This document shows positions 1 to 12,798 of a DNA stretch of 64,000 nucleotides, in pieces (positions within the stretch are counted from its first letter, which is position 1; each line of letters starts with the position of its first letter). A program made the position numbers and the translations under genes. Origin of the DNA: the human T2T-CHM13v2.0 reference genome, Homo sapiens. The stretch lies in the NCBI RefSeq assembly GCF_009914755.1, contig NC_060925.1; one strand, 5' to 3'. A model generated the notes under the pieces. That model did not search any database. It was not told the origin of the DNA and saw only the letters and a list, made by a program, of their open reading frames with translations.

Positions 1-154
1 ATATCTTCGTATAAAAACTAGACAGAATCATTCTCAGAAACTGCTGCGTGATGTGTGCGTTCAACTCTCAGAGTTTAACTTTTCTTTTCATTCAGCGGTT
101 TGGAAACACTCTGTTTGTAAAGTCTGCACGTGGATATTTTGACCACTTAGAGGC

Positions 155-171
155 CTTCGTTGGAAACGGGT
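155..171 (+). promoter_or_regulatory. CENP-B box, X-dimer variant CTTCGTTGGAAACGGGT (one per HOR unit)
   Basis: Keeps the core nTTCGnnnnAnnCGGGn; only the terminal A is changed to T. Confidence 0.9.
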
Positions 172-493
172 TTTTTTCATGTAAGGCTAGACAGAAGAAT
201 TCCCAGTAACTTCCTTGTGTTGTGTGCATTCAACTCACAGAGTTGAACGTTCCCTTAGACAGAGCAGATTTGAAACACTCTATTTGTGCAATTTGCAAGT
301 GTAGATTTCAAGCGCTTTAAGGTCAACGGCAGAAAAGGAAATATCTTCGTTTCAAAACTAGACAGAATCATTCCCACAAACTGCGTTGTGATGTGTTCGT
401 TCAACTCACAGAGTTTAACCTTTCTGTTCATAGAACAGTTAGGAAACACTCTGTTTGTAAAGTCTGTAAGTGGATATTCTGACATCTTGTGGC

Positions 494-510
494 CTTCGTT
501 GGAAACGGGA
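494..510 (+). promoter_or_regulatory. Canonical CENP-B box CTTCGTTGGAAACGGGA (representative of ~188 box positions spaced 339-341 bp apart)
   Basis: Exact match to the 17-bp CENP-B box; recurs at 835, 1175, 1515, 1855 and onward through the window. Confidence 0.97.
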
Positions 511-662
511 TTTCTTCATATTCTGCTAGACAGAAGAATTCTCAGTAACTTCCTTGTGTTGTGTGTATTCAACTCACAGAGTTGAACGATCCTTTACACA
601 GAGCAGACTTGAAACACTCTTTTTGTCGAATTTGCAAGTGGAGATTTCAGCCGCTTTGAGGT

Positions 663-679
663 CAATGGTAGAAAAGGAA
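663..679 (-). promoter_or_regulatory. pJalpha-like site in the monomer lacking a CENP-B box (representative)
   Basis: CAATGGTAGAAAAGGAA (reverse complement TTCCTTTTCTACCATTG) sits at the box-equivalent position in alternate monomers and resembles the A-type monomer pJalpha motif; imperfect match. Confidence 0.5.
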
Positions 680-3600
680 ACTATCTTCATATAAAGACTA
701 GACAGAATGATTCTCAGAAAATCTTTTGTGATGTGTGCGTTCAACTCACAGAGTTTAACTTTTCTTCTCATAGAGCAGTTAGGAAACACTCTGTTTGTAA
801 AGTCTGCAAGTGTATATTCAGACCTCTTTGAGGCCTTCGTTGGAAACGGGATTTCGTCATATTATGCTAGACAGAATAATTCTCAGTAACTTCCTTGTGT
901 TGTGTGTATTCAACTCACAGAGTTGAAGGATCCTTTACAGAGAGCAGGCTTGAAACACTCTTTTTGTCGAATTTGCAAGTGGAGATTTCAGCCGCTTTGA
1001 GGTCAATGGTAGAATAGGAAATATCTTCTTATAGAAACTAGACAAAATGATTCTCATGAACTCCTTTGTGATGTGTGCGTTCAACTCACAGAGTTTAACC
1101 TTTCTTTTCATAGAGCAGTTAGGAAACACTCTGTTTGTAAAGTCTGCAAGTGGATATTCAGACCTCCTTGAGGCCTTCGTTGGAAACGGGATTTCTTCAT
1201 ATTCTGCTAGACAGAAGAATTCTCATTAACTTCCTTGTGTTGTGTTTATTCAACTCACAGAGTTGAATGATCCTTTACACAGAGCAGACTTGAAACACTC
1301 TTTTTGTGGAATTTGCAAGTGGAGATTTCAGCCGCTTTGAGGTCAATGGTAGAAAAGTAAATATCTTCGTATAAAGACTAGACAGAATGATTCTCAGAAA
1401 CTCCTTTGTGATGTGTGCGTTCAACTCACAGACTTTAACCTTTCTGTTCATAGAGCAGTTAGGAAACACTCTGTTTGTAAAGTCTGCAAGTGGATATTCA
1501 GACCTCCTTGAGGCCTTCGTTGGAAACGGGATTTCTTCATATTCTGCTAGACAGAAGAATTCTCAGTAACTTCCTTGTGTTGTGTGTATTCAACTCACAG
1601 AGTTGAACGATCCTTTACACAGAGCAGACTTGAAACACTCTTTTTGTGGAATTTGCAAGTGGAGATTTCAGCCGCTTTGAGGTCAATAGTAGAAAAGGAA
1701 ATATCTTCGTAGAAAAACTAGACAGAATGATTCTCAGAAACTCCTTTGTGATGTGTGCGTTCAACTCACAGAGTTTAACCTTTCTTTTCATAGAGCAGTT
1801 AGTAAACACTCTGTTTATAAAGTCTGCAAGTGGATATTCAGACCCCTTTGAGGCCTTCGTTGGAAACGGGATTTCTTCATATTATGCTAGACAGAAGAAT
1901 TCTCAGTAACTTCCTTGTGTTGTGTGTATTCAACTGACAGAGTTGAACTTTCATTTAGAGAGAGCAGATTTGAAACACTGTTTTTGTGGAATTTGCAAGT
2001 GGAGATTTCAAGCGCTTTGGGGCCAAAGGCAGAAAAGGAAATATCTTCGTATAAAAACTAGACAGAATCATTCTCAGAAACTGCTGCGTGATGTGTGCGT
2101 TCAACTCTCAGAGTTTAACTTTTCTTTTCATTCAGCGGTTTGGAAACACTCTGTTTGTAAAGTCTGCACGTGGATATTTTGACCACTTAGAGGCCTTCGT
2201 TGGAAACGGGTTTTTTTCATGTAAGGCTAGACAGAAGAATTCCCAGTAACTTCCTTGTGTTGTGTGCATTCAACTCACAGAGTTGAACGTTCCCTTAGAC
2301 AGAGCAGATTTGAAACACTCTATTTGTGCAATTTGCAAGTGTAGATTTCAAGCGCTTTAAGGTCAACGGCAGAAAAGGAAATATCTTCGTTTCAAAACTA
2401 GACAGAATCATTCCCACAAACTGCGTTGTGATGTGTTCGTTCAACTCACAGAGTTTAACCTTTCTGTTCATAGAGCAGTTAGGAAACACTCTGTTTGTAA
2501 AGTCTGTAAGTGGATATTCTGACATCTTGTGGCCTTCGTTGGAAACGGGATTTCTTCATATTCTGCTAGACAGAAGAATTCTCAGTAACTTCCTTGTGTT
2601 GTGTGTATTCAACTCACAGAGTTGAACGATCCTTTACACAGAGCAGACTTGAAACACTCTTTTTGTGGAATTTGCAAGTGGAGATTTCAGCCGCTTTGAG
2701 GTCAATGGTAGAAAAGGAAATATCTTCGTATAAAGACTAGACAGAATGATTCTCAGAAACTCCTTTGTGATGTGTGCGTTCAACTCACAGAGTTTAACTT
2801 TTCTTTTCAAAGAGCAGTTAGGAAACACTCTCTTTGTAAAGTCTGCAAGTGGATATTCAGACCTCTTTGAGGCCTTCGTTGGAAACGGGATTTCTTCATA
2901 TTCTGCTAGACAGAAGAATTCTCAGTAACTTCCTTGTGTTGTGTGTATTCAACTCACAGAGTTGAACGATCCTTTACACAGAGCAGACTTGAAACATTCT
3001 TTTTGTGGAATTTGCAAGTGGAGATTTCAGCCGCTTTGAGTTCAATGGTAGAATAGGAAATATCTTCCTATAGAAACTAGACAGAACGATTCTCAGAAAC
3101 TCCGTTGTGATGTGTGCGTTCAACTCACAGAGTTTAACCTTTCTTTTCATAGAGCAGTTAGGAAACACTCTGTTTGTAAAGTCTGCAAGTGGATATTCAG
3201 ACCTCTTTGAGGCCTTCGTTGGAAACGGGATTTCTTCCTATTCTGCTAGACAGAAGAATTCTCAGTAACTTCCTTGTGTTGTGTGTATTCAACTCACAGA
3301 GTTGAACGATCCTTTACACAGAGCAGACTTGAAACACTCTTTTTGTGGAATTTGCAAGTGGAGATTTCAGCCGCTTTGAGGTCAATAGTAGAAAAGGAAA
3401 TATCTTCGTAGAAAAACTAGACAGAATGATTCTCAGAAACTCCTTTGTGATGTGTGTGTTCAACTCACAGAGTTTAACCTTTCTTTTCATAGAGCAGTTA
3501 GTAAACACTCTGTTTATAAAGTCTGCAAGTGGATATTCAGACCCCTTTGAGGCCTTCGTTGGAAACGGGATTTCTTCATATTCTGCTAGACAGAAGAATT

Positions 3601-6600
3601 CTCAGTAACTTCCTTGTGTTGTGTGTATTCAACTGACAGAGTTGTACTTTCATTTAGAGAGAGCAGATTTGAAACACTGTTTTTGTGGAATTTGCAAGTG
3701 GAGATTTCAAGCGCTTTGGGGCCAAAGGCAGAAAAGGAAATATCTTCGTATAAAAACTAGACAGAATCATTCTCAGAAACTGCTGCGTGATGTGTGCGTT
3801 CAACTCTCAGAGTTTAACTTTTCTTTTCATTCAGCGGTTTGGAAACACTCTGTTTGTAAAGTCTGCACGTGGATATTTTGACCACTTAGAGGCCTTCGTT
3901 GGAAACGGGTTTTTTTCATGTAAGGCTAGACAGAAGAATTCCCAGTAACTTCCTTGTGTTGTGTGCATTCAACTCACAGAGTTGAACGTTCCCTTAGACA
4001 GAGCAGATTTGAAACACTCTATTTGTGCAATTTGCAAGTGTAGATTTCAAGCGCTTTAAGGTCAACGGCAGAAAAGGAAATATCTTCGTTTCAAAACTAG
4101 ACAGAATCATTCCCACAAAGTGCGTTGTGATGTGTTCGTTCAACTCACAGAGTTTAACCTTTCTGTTCATAGAGCAGTTAGGAAACACTCTGTTTGTAAA
4201 GTCTGTAAGTGGATATTCTGACATCTTGTGGCCTTCGTTGGAAACGGGATTTCTTCATATTCTGCTAGACAGAAGAATTCTCAGTAACTTCCTTGTGTTG
4301 TGTGTATTCAACTCACAGAGTTGAACGATCCTTTACACAGAGCAGACTTGAAACACTCTTTTTGTGGAATTTGCAAGTGGAGATTTCAGCCGCTTTGAGG
4401 TCAATGGTAGAAAAGGAAATATCTTCGTATAAAGACTAGACAGAATGATTCTCAGAAACTCCTTTGTGATGTGTGCGTTCAACTCACAGAGTTTAACTTT
4501 TCTTTTCAAAGAGCAGTTAGGAAACACTCTCTTTGTAAAGTCTGCAAGTGGATATTCAGACCTCTTTGAGGCCTTCGTTGGAAACGGGATTTCTTCATAT
4601 TCTGCTAGACAGAAGAATTCTCAGTAACTTCCTTGTGTTGTGTGTATTCAACTCACAGAGTTGAACGATCCTTTACACAGAGCAGACTTGAAACATTCTT
4701 TTTGTGGAATTTGCAAGTGGAGATTTCAGCCGCTTTGAGGTCAATGTTAGAATAGGAAATATCTTCCTATAGAAACTAGACAGAACGATTCTCAGAAACT
4801 CCGTTGTGATGTGTGCGTTCAACTCACAGAGTTTAACCTTTCTTTTCATAGAGCAGTTAGGAAACACTCTGTTTGTAAAGTCTGCAAGTGGATATTCAGA
4901 CCTCTTTGAGGCCTTCGTTGGAAACGGGATTTCTTCCTATTCTGCTAGACAGAAGAATTCTCAGTAACTTCCTTGTGTTGTGTGTATTCAACTCACAGAG
5001 TTGAACGATCCTTTACACAGAGCAGACTTGAAACACTCTTTTTGTGGAATTTGCAAGTGGAGATTTCAGCCGCTTTGAGGTCAATAGTAGAAAAGGAAAT
5101 ATCTTCGTAGAAAAACTAGACAGAATGATTCTCAGAAACTCCTTTGTGATGTGTGTGTTCAACTCACAGAGTTTAACCTTTCTTTTCATAGAGCAGTTAG
5201 TAAACACTCTGTTTATAAAGTCTGCAAGTGGATATTCAGACCCCTTTGAGGCCTTCGTTGGAAACGGGATTTCTTCATATTCTGCTAGACAGAAGAATTC
5301 TCAGTAACTTCCTTGTGTTGTGTGTATTCAACTGACAGAGTTGAACTTTCATTTGGAGAGAGCAGATTTGAAACACTGTTTTTGTGGAATTTGCAAGTGG
5401 AGATTTCAAGCGCTTTGGGGCCAAAGGCAGAAAAGGAAATATCTTCGTATAAAAACTAGACAGAATCATTCTCAGAAACTGCTGCGTGATGTGTGCGTTC
5501 AACTCTCAGAGTTTAACTTTTCTTTTCATTCAGCGGTTTGGAAACACTCTGTTTGTAAAGTCTGCACGTGGATATTTTGACCACTTAGAGGCCTTCGTTG
5601 GAAACGGGTTTTTTTCATGTAAGGCTAGACAGAAGAATTCCCAGTAACTTCCTTGTGTTGTGTGCATTCAACTCACAGAGTTGAACGTTCCCTTAGACAG
5701 AGCAGATTTGAAACACTCTATTTGTGCAATTTGCAAGTGTAGATTTCAAGCGCTTTAAGGTCAACGGCAGAAAAGGAAATATCTTCGTTTCAAAACTAGA
5801 CAGAATCATTCCCACAAACTGCGTTGTGATGTGTTCGTTCAACTCACAGAGTTTAACCTTTCTGTTCATAGAGCAGTTAGGAAACACTCTGTTTGTAAAG
5901 TCTGTAAGTGGATATTCTGACATCTTGTGGCCTTCGTTGGAAACGGGATTTCTTCATATTCTGCTAGACAGAAGAATTCTCAGTAACTTCCTTGTGTTGT
6001 GTGTATTCAACTCACAGAGTTGAACGATCCTTTACACAGAGCAGACTTGAAACACTCTTTTTGTGGAATTTGCAAGTGGAGATTTCAGCCGCTTTGAGGT
6101 CAATGGTAGAAAAGGAAACTATCTTCATATAAAGACTAGACAGAATGATTCTCAGAAAATCTTTTCTGATGTGTGCGTTCAACTCACAGAGTTTAACTTT
6201 TCTTCTCATAGAGCAGTTAGGAAACACTCTGTTTGTAAAGTCTGCAAGTGGATATTCAGACCTCTTTGAGGCCTTCGTTGGAAACGGGATTTCTTCATAT
6301 TATGCTAGACAGAATAATTCTCAGTAACTTCCTTGTGTTGTGTGTATTCAACTCACAGAGTTGAAGGATCCTTTACAGAGAGCAGGCTTGAAACACTCTT
6401 TTTGTCGAATTTGCAAGTGGAGATTTCAGCCGCTTTGAGGTCAATGGTAGAATAGGAAATATCTTCTTATAGAAACTAGACAAAATGATTCTCATGAACT
6501 CCTTTGTGAAGTGTGCGTTCAACTCACAGAGTTTAACCTTTCTTTTCATAGAGCAGTTAGGAAACACTCTGTTTGTAAAGTCTGCAAGTGGATATTCAGA

Positions 6601-9600
6601 CCTCCTTGAGGCCTTCGTTGGAAACGGGATTTCTTCATATTCTGCTAGACAGAAGAATTCTCATTAACTTCCTTGTGTTGTGTTTATTCAACTCACAGAG
6701 TTGAATGATCCTTTACACAGAGCAGACTTGAAACACTCTTTTTGTGGAATTTGCAAGTGGAGATTTCAGCCGCTTTGAGGTCAATGGTAGAAAAGGAAAT
6801 ATCTTCGTATAAAGACTAGACAGAATGATTCTCAGAAACTCCTTTGTGATGTGTGCGTTCAACTCACAGAGTTTAACCTTTCTGTTCATAGAGCAGTTAG
6901 GAAACACTCTGTTTGTAAAGTCTGCAAGTGGATATTCAGACCTCCTTGAGGCCTTCGTTGGAAACGGGATTTCTTCATATTCTGCTAGACAGAAGAATTC
7001 TCAGTAACTTCCTTGTGTTGTGTGTATTCAACTCACAGAGTTGAACGATCCTTTACACAGAGCAGACTTGAAACACTCTTTTTGTGGAATTTGCAAGTGG
7101 AGATTTCAGCCGCTTTGAGGTCAATAGTAGAAAAGGAAATATCTTCGTAGAAAAACTAGACAGAATGATTCTCAGAAACTCCTTTGTGATGTGTGCGTTC
7201 AACTCACAGAGTTTAACCTTTCTTTTCATAGAGCAGTTAGTAAACACTCTGTTTATAAAGTCTGCAAGTGGATATTCAGACCCCTTTGAGGCCTTCGTTG
7301 GAAACGGGATTTCTTCATATTATGCTAGACAGAAGAATTCTCAGTAACTTCCTTGTGTTGTGTGTATTCAACTGACAGAGTTGAACTTTCATTTAGAGAG
7401 AGCAGATTTGAAACACTGTTTTTGTGGAATTTGCAAGTGGAGATTTCAAGCGCTTTGGGGCCAAAGGCAGAAAAGGAAATATCTTCGTATAAAAACTAGA
7501 CAGAATCATTCTCAGAAACTGCTGCGTGATGTGTGCGTTCAACTCTCAGAGTTTAACTTTTCTTTTCATTCAGCGGTTTGGAAACACTCTGTTTGTAAAG
7601 TCTGCACGTGGATATTTTGACCACTTAGAGGCCTTCGTTGGAAACGGGTTTTTTTCATGTAAGGCTAGACAGAAGAATTCCCAGTAACTTCCTTGTGTTG
7701 TGTGCATTCAACTCACAGAGTTGAACGTTCCCTTAGACAGAGCAGATTTGAAACACTCTATTTGTGCAATTTGCAAGTGTAGATTTCAAGCGCTTTAAGG
7801 TCAACGGCAGAAAAGGAAATATCTTCGTTTCAAAACTAGACAGAATCATTCCCACAAACTGCGTTGTGATGTGTTCGTTCAACTCACAGAGTTTAACCTT
7901 TCTGTTCATAGAGCAGTTAGGAAACACTCTGTTTGTAAAGTCTGTAAGTGGATATTCTGACATCTTGTGGCCTTCGTTGGAAACGGGATTTCTTCATATT
8001 CTGCTAGACAGAAGAATTCTCAGTAACTTCCTTGTGTTGTGTGTATTCAACTCACAGAGTTGAACGATCCTTTACACAGAGCAGACTTGAAACACTCTTT
8101 TTGTGGAATTTGCAAGTGGAGATTTCAGCCGCTTTGAGGTCAATGGTAGAAAAGGAAATATCTTCGTATAAAGACTAGACAGAATGATTCTCAGAAACTC
8201 CTTTGTGATGTGTGCGTTCAACTCACAGAGTTTAACTTTTCTTTTCAAAGAGCAGTTAGGAAACACTCTCTTTGTAAAGTCTGCAAGTGGATATTCAGAC
8301 CTCTTTGAGGCCTTCGTTGGAAACGGGATTTCTTCATATTCTGCTAGACAGAAGAATTCTCAGTAACTTCCTTGTGTTGTGTGTATTCAACTCACAGAGT
8401 TGAACGATCCTTTACACAGAGCAGACTTGAAACATTCTTTTTGTGGAATTTGCAAGTGGAGATTTCAGCCGCTTTGAGGTCAATGTTAGAATAGGAAATA
8501 TCTTCCTATAGAAACTAGACAGAACGATTCTCAGAAACTCCGTTGTGATGTGTGCGTTCAACTCACAGAGTTTAACCTTTCTTTTCATAGAGCAGTTAGG
8601 AAACACTCTGTTTGTAAAGTCTGCAAGTGGATATTCAGACCTCTTTGAGGCCTTCGTTGGAAACGGGATTTCTTCCTATTCTGCTAGACAGAAGAATTCT
8701 CAGTAACTTCCTTGTGTTGTGTGTATTCAACTCACAGAGTTGAACGATCCTTTACACAGAGCAGACTTGAAACACTCTTTTTGTGGAATTTGCAAGTGGA
8801 GATTTCAGCCGCTTTGAGGTCAATAGTAGAAAAGGAAATATCTTCGTAGAAAAACTAGACAGAATGATTCTCAGAAACTCCTTTGTGATGTGTGTGTTCA
8901 ACTCACAGAGTTTAACCTTTCTTTTCATAGAGCAGTTAGTAAACACTCTGTTTATAAAGTCTGCAAGTGGATATTCAGACCCCTTTGAGGCCTTCGTTGG
9001 AAACGGGATTTCTTCATATTCTGCTAGACAGAAGAATTCTCAGTAACTTCCTTGTGTTGTGTGTATTCAACTGACAGAGTTGAACTTTCATTTGGAGAGA
9101 GCAGATTTGAAACACTGTTTTTGTGGAATTTGCAAGTGGAGATTTCAAGCGCTTTGGGGCCAAAGGCAGAAAAGGAAATATCTTCGTATAAAAACTAGAC
9201 AGAATCATTCTCAGAAACTGCTGCGTGATGTGTGCGTTCAACTCTCAGAGTTTAACTTTTCTTTTCATTCAGCGGTTTGGAAACACTCTGTTTGTAAAGT
9301 CTGCACGTGGATATTTTGACCACTTAGAGGCCTTCGTTGGAAACGGGTTTTTTTCATGTAAGGCTAGACAGAAGAATTCCCAGTAACTTCCTTGTGTTGT
9401 GTGCATTCAACTCACAGAGTTGAACGTTCCCTTAGACAGAGCAGATTTGAAACACTCTATTTGTGCAATTTGCAAGTGTAGATTTCAAGCGCTTTAAGGT
9501 CAACGGCAGAAAAGGAAATATCTTCGTTTCAAAACTAGACAGAATCATTCCCACAAACTGCGTTGTGATGTGTTCGTTCAACTCACAGAGTTTAACCTTT

Positions 9601-12600
9601 CTGTTCATAGAGCAGTTAGGAAACACTCTGTTTGTAAAGTCTGTAAGTGGATATTCTGACATCTTGTGGCCTTCGTTGGAAACGGGATTTCTTCATATTC
9701 TGCTAGACAGAAGAATTCTCAGTAACTTCCTTGTGTTGTGTGTATTCAACTCACAGAGTTGAACGATCCTTTACACAGAGCAGACTTGAAACACTCTTTT
9801 TGTGGAATTTGCAAGTGGAGATTTCAGCCGCTTTGAGGTCAATGGTAGAAAAGGAAACTATCTTCATATAAAGACTAGACAGAATGATTCTCAGAAAATC
9901 TTTTGTGATGTGTGCGTTCAACTCACAGAGTTTAACTTTTCTTCTCATAGAGCAGTTAGGAAACACTCTGTTTGTAAAGTCTGCAAGTGTATATTCAGAC
10001 CTCTTTGAGGCCTTCGTTGGAAACGGGATTTCTTCATATTATGCTAGACAGAATAATTCTCAGTAACTTCCTTGTGTTGTGTGTATTCAACTCACAGAGT
10101 TGAAGGATCCTTTACAGAGAGCAGGCTTGAAACACTCTTTTTGTCGAATTTGCAAGTGGAGATTTCAGCCGCTTTGAGGTCAATGGTAGAATAGGAAATA
10201 TCTTCTTATAGAAACTAGACAAAATGATTCTCATGAACTCCTTTGTGAAGTGTGCGTTCAACTCACAGAGTTTAACCTTTCTTTTCATAGAGCAGTTAGG
10301 AAACACTCTGTTTGTAAAGTCTGCAAGTGGATATTCAGACCTCCTTGAGGCCTTCGTTGGAAACGGGATTTCTTCATATTCTGCTAGACAGAAGAATTCT
10401 CATTAACTTCCTTCTGTTGTGTTTATTCAACTCACAGAGTTGAATGATCCTTTACACAGAGCAGACTTGAAACACTCTTTTTGTGGAATTTGCAAGTGGA
10501 GATTTCAGCCGCTTTGAGGTCAATGGTAGAAAAGGAAATATCTTCGTATAAAGACTAGACAGAATGATTCTCAGAAACTCCTTTGTGATGTGTGCGTTCA
10601 ACTCACAGAGTTTAACCTTTCTGTTCATAGAGCAGTTAGGAAACACTCTGTTTGTAAAGTCTGCAAGTGGATATTCAGACCTCCTTGAGGCCTTCGTTGG
10701 AAACGGGATTTCTTCATATTCTGCTAGACAGAAGAATTCTCAGTAACTTCCTTGTGTTGTGTGTATTCAACTCACAGAGTTGAACGATCCTTTACACAGA
10801 GCAGACTTGAAACACTCTTTTTGTGGAATTTGCAAGTGGAGATTTCAGCCGCTTTGAGGTCAATAGTAGAAAAGGAAATATCTTCGTAGAAAAACTAGAC
10901 AGAATGATTCTCAGAAACTCCTTTGTGATGTGTGCGTTCAACTCACAGAGTTTAACCTTTCTTTTCATAGAGCAGTTAGTAAACACTCTGTTTATAAAGT
11001 CTGCAAGTGGATATTCAGACCCCTTTGAGGCCTTCGTTGGAAACGGGATTTCTTCATATTCTGCTAGACAGAAGAATTCTCAGTAACTTCCTTGTGTTGT
11101 GTGTATTCAACTGACAGAGTTGAACTTTCATTTAGAGAGAGCAGATTTGAAACACTGTTTTTGTGGAATTTGCAAGTGGAGATTTCAAGCGCTTTGGGGC
11201 CAAAGGCAGAAAAGGAAATATCTTCGTATAAAAACTAGACAGAATCATTCTCAGAAACTGCTGCGTGATGTGTGCGTTCAACTCTCAGAGTTTAACTTTT
11301 CTTTTCATTCAGCGGTTTGGAAACACTCTGTTTGTAAAGTCTGCACGTGGATATTTTGACCACTTAGAGGCCTTCGTTGGAAACGGGTTTTTTTCATGTA
11401 AGGCTAGACAGAAGAATTCCCAGTAACTTCCTTGTGTTGTGTGCATTCAACTCACAGAGTTGAACGTTCCCTTAGACAGAGCAGATTTGAAACACTCTAT
11501 TTGTGCAATTTGCAAGTGTAGATTTCAAGCGCTTTAAGGTCAACGGCAGAAAAGGAAATATCTTCGTTTCAAAACTAGACAGAATCATTCCCACAAACTG
11601 CGTTGTGATGTGTTCGTTCAACTCACAGAGTTTAACCTTTCTGTTCATAGAGCAGTTAGGAAACACTCTGTTTGTAAAGTCTGTAAGTGGATATTCTGAC
11701 ATCTTGTGGCCTTCGTTGGAAACGGGATTTCTTCATATTCTGCTAGACAGAAGAATTCTCAGTAACTTCCTTGTGTTGTGTGTATTCAACTCACAGAGTT
11801 GAACGATCCTTTACACAGAGCAGACTTGAAACACTCTTTTTGTGGAATTTGCAAGTGGAGATTTCAGCCGCTTTGAGGTCAATGGTAGAAAAGGAAACTA
11901 TCTTCATATAAAGACTAGACAGAATGATTCTCAGAAAATCTTTTGTGATGTGTGCGTTCAACTCACAGAGTTTAACTTTTCTTCTCATAGAGCAGTTAGG
12001 AAACACTCTGTTTGTAAAGTCTGCAAGTGTATATTCAGACCTCTTTGAGGCCTTCGTTGGAAACGGGATTTCTTCATATTATGCTAGACAGAATAATTCT
12101 CAGTAACTTCCTTGTGTTGTGTGTATTCAACTCACAGAGTTGAAGGATCCTTTACAGAGAGCAGGCTTGAAACACTCTTTTTGTCGAATTTGCAAGTGGA
12201 GATTTCAGCCGCTTTGAGGTCAATGGTAGAATAGGAAATATCTTCTTATAGAAACTAGACAAAATGATTCTCATGAACTCCTTTGTGATGTGTGCGTTCA
12301 ACTCACAGAGTTTAACCTTTCTGTTCATAGAGCAGTTAGGAAACACTCTGTTTGTAAAGTCTGCAAGTGGATATTCAGACCTCCTTGAGGCCTTCGTTGG
12401 AAACGGGATTTCTTCATATTCTGCTAGACAGAAGAATTCTCATTAACTTCCTTGTGTTGTGTTTATTCAACTCACAGAGTTGAATGATCCTTTACACAGA
12501 GCAGACTTGAAACACTCTTTTTGTGGAATTTGCAAGTGGAGATTTCAGCCGCTTTGAGGTCAATAGTAGAAAAGGAAATATCTTCGTAGAAAAACTAGAC

Positions 12601-12798
12601 AGAATGATTCTCAGAAACTCCTTTGTGATGTGTGCGTTCAACTCACAGAGTTTAACCTTTCTTTTCATAGAGCAGTTAGTAAACACTCTGTTTATAAAGT
12701 CTGCAAGTGGATATTCAGACCCCTTTGAGGCCTTCGTTGGAAACGGGATTTCTTCATATTATGCTAGACAGAAGAATTCTCAGTAACTTCCTTGTGTT

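Larger units (their letters stand above)
1..12798 (+). repeat. Left HOR domain: interleaved 12-mers (XYABCF, 2040 bp) and 10-mers (XYDEF, 1699 bp; one XYABF, 1700 bp)
   Basis: X-dimer marker (CAACTGACAGAGTTGAACTTTCATTT) region at 1922, 3621, 5320, 7360, 9059, 11099, 12799. Spacings 2040, 1699, 1699, 2040, 1699, 2040, 1700. Confidence 0.9.

Noticed and set aside
127-132. E-box CACGTG once per HOR in the X dimer
   Set aside because: A 6-bp motif produced by one substitution (CAAGTG>CACGTG); no sequence evidence of function.
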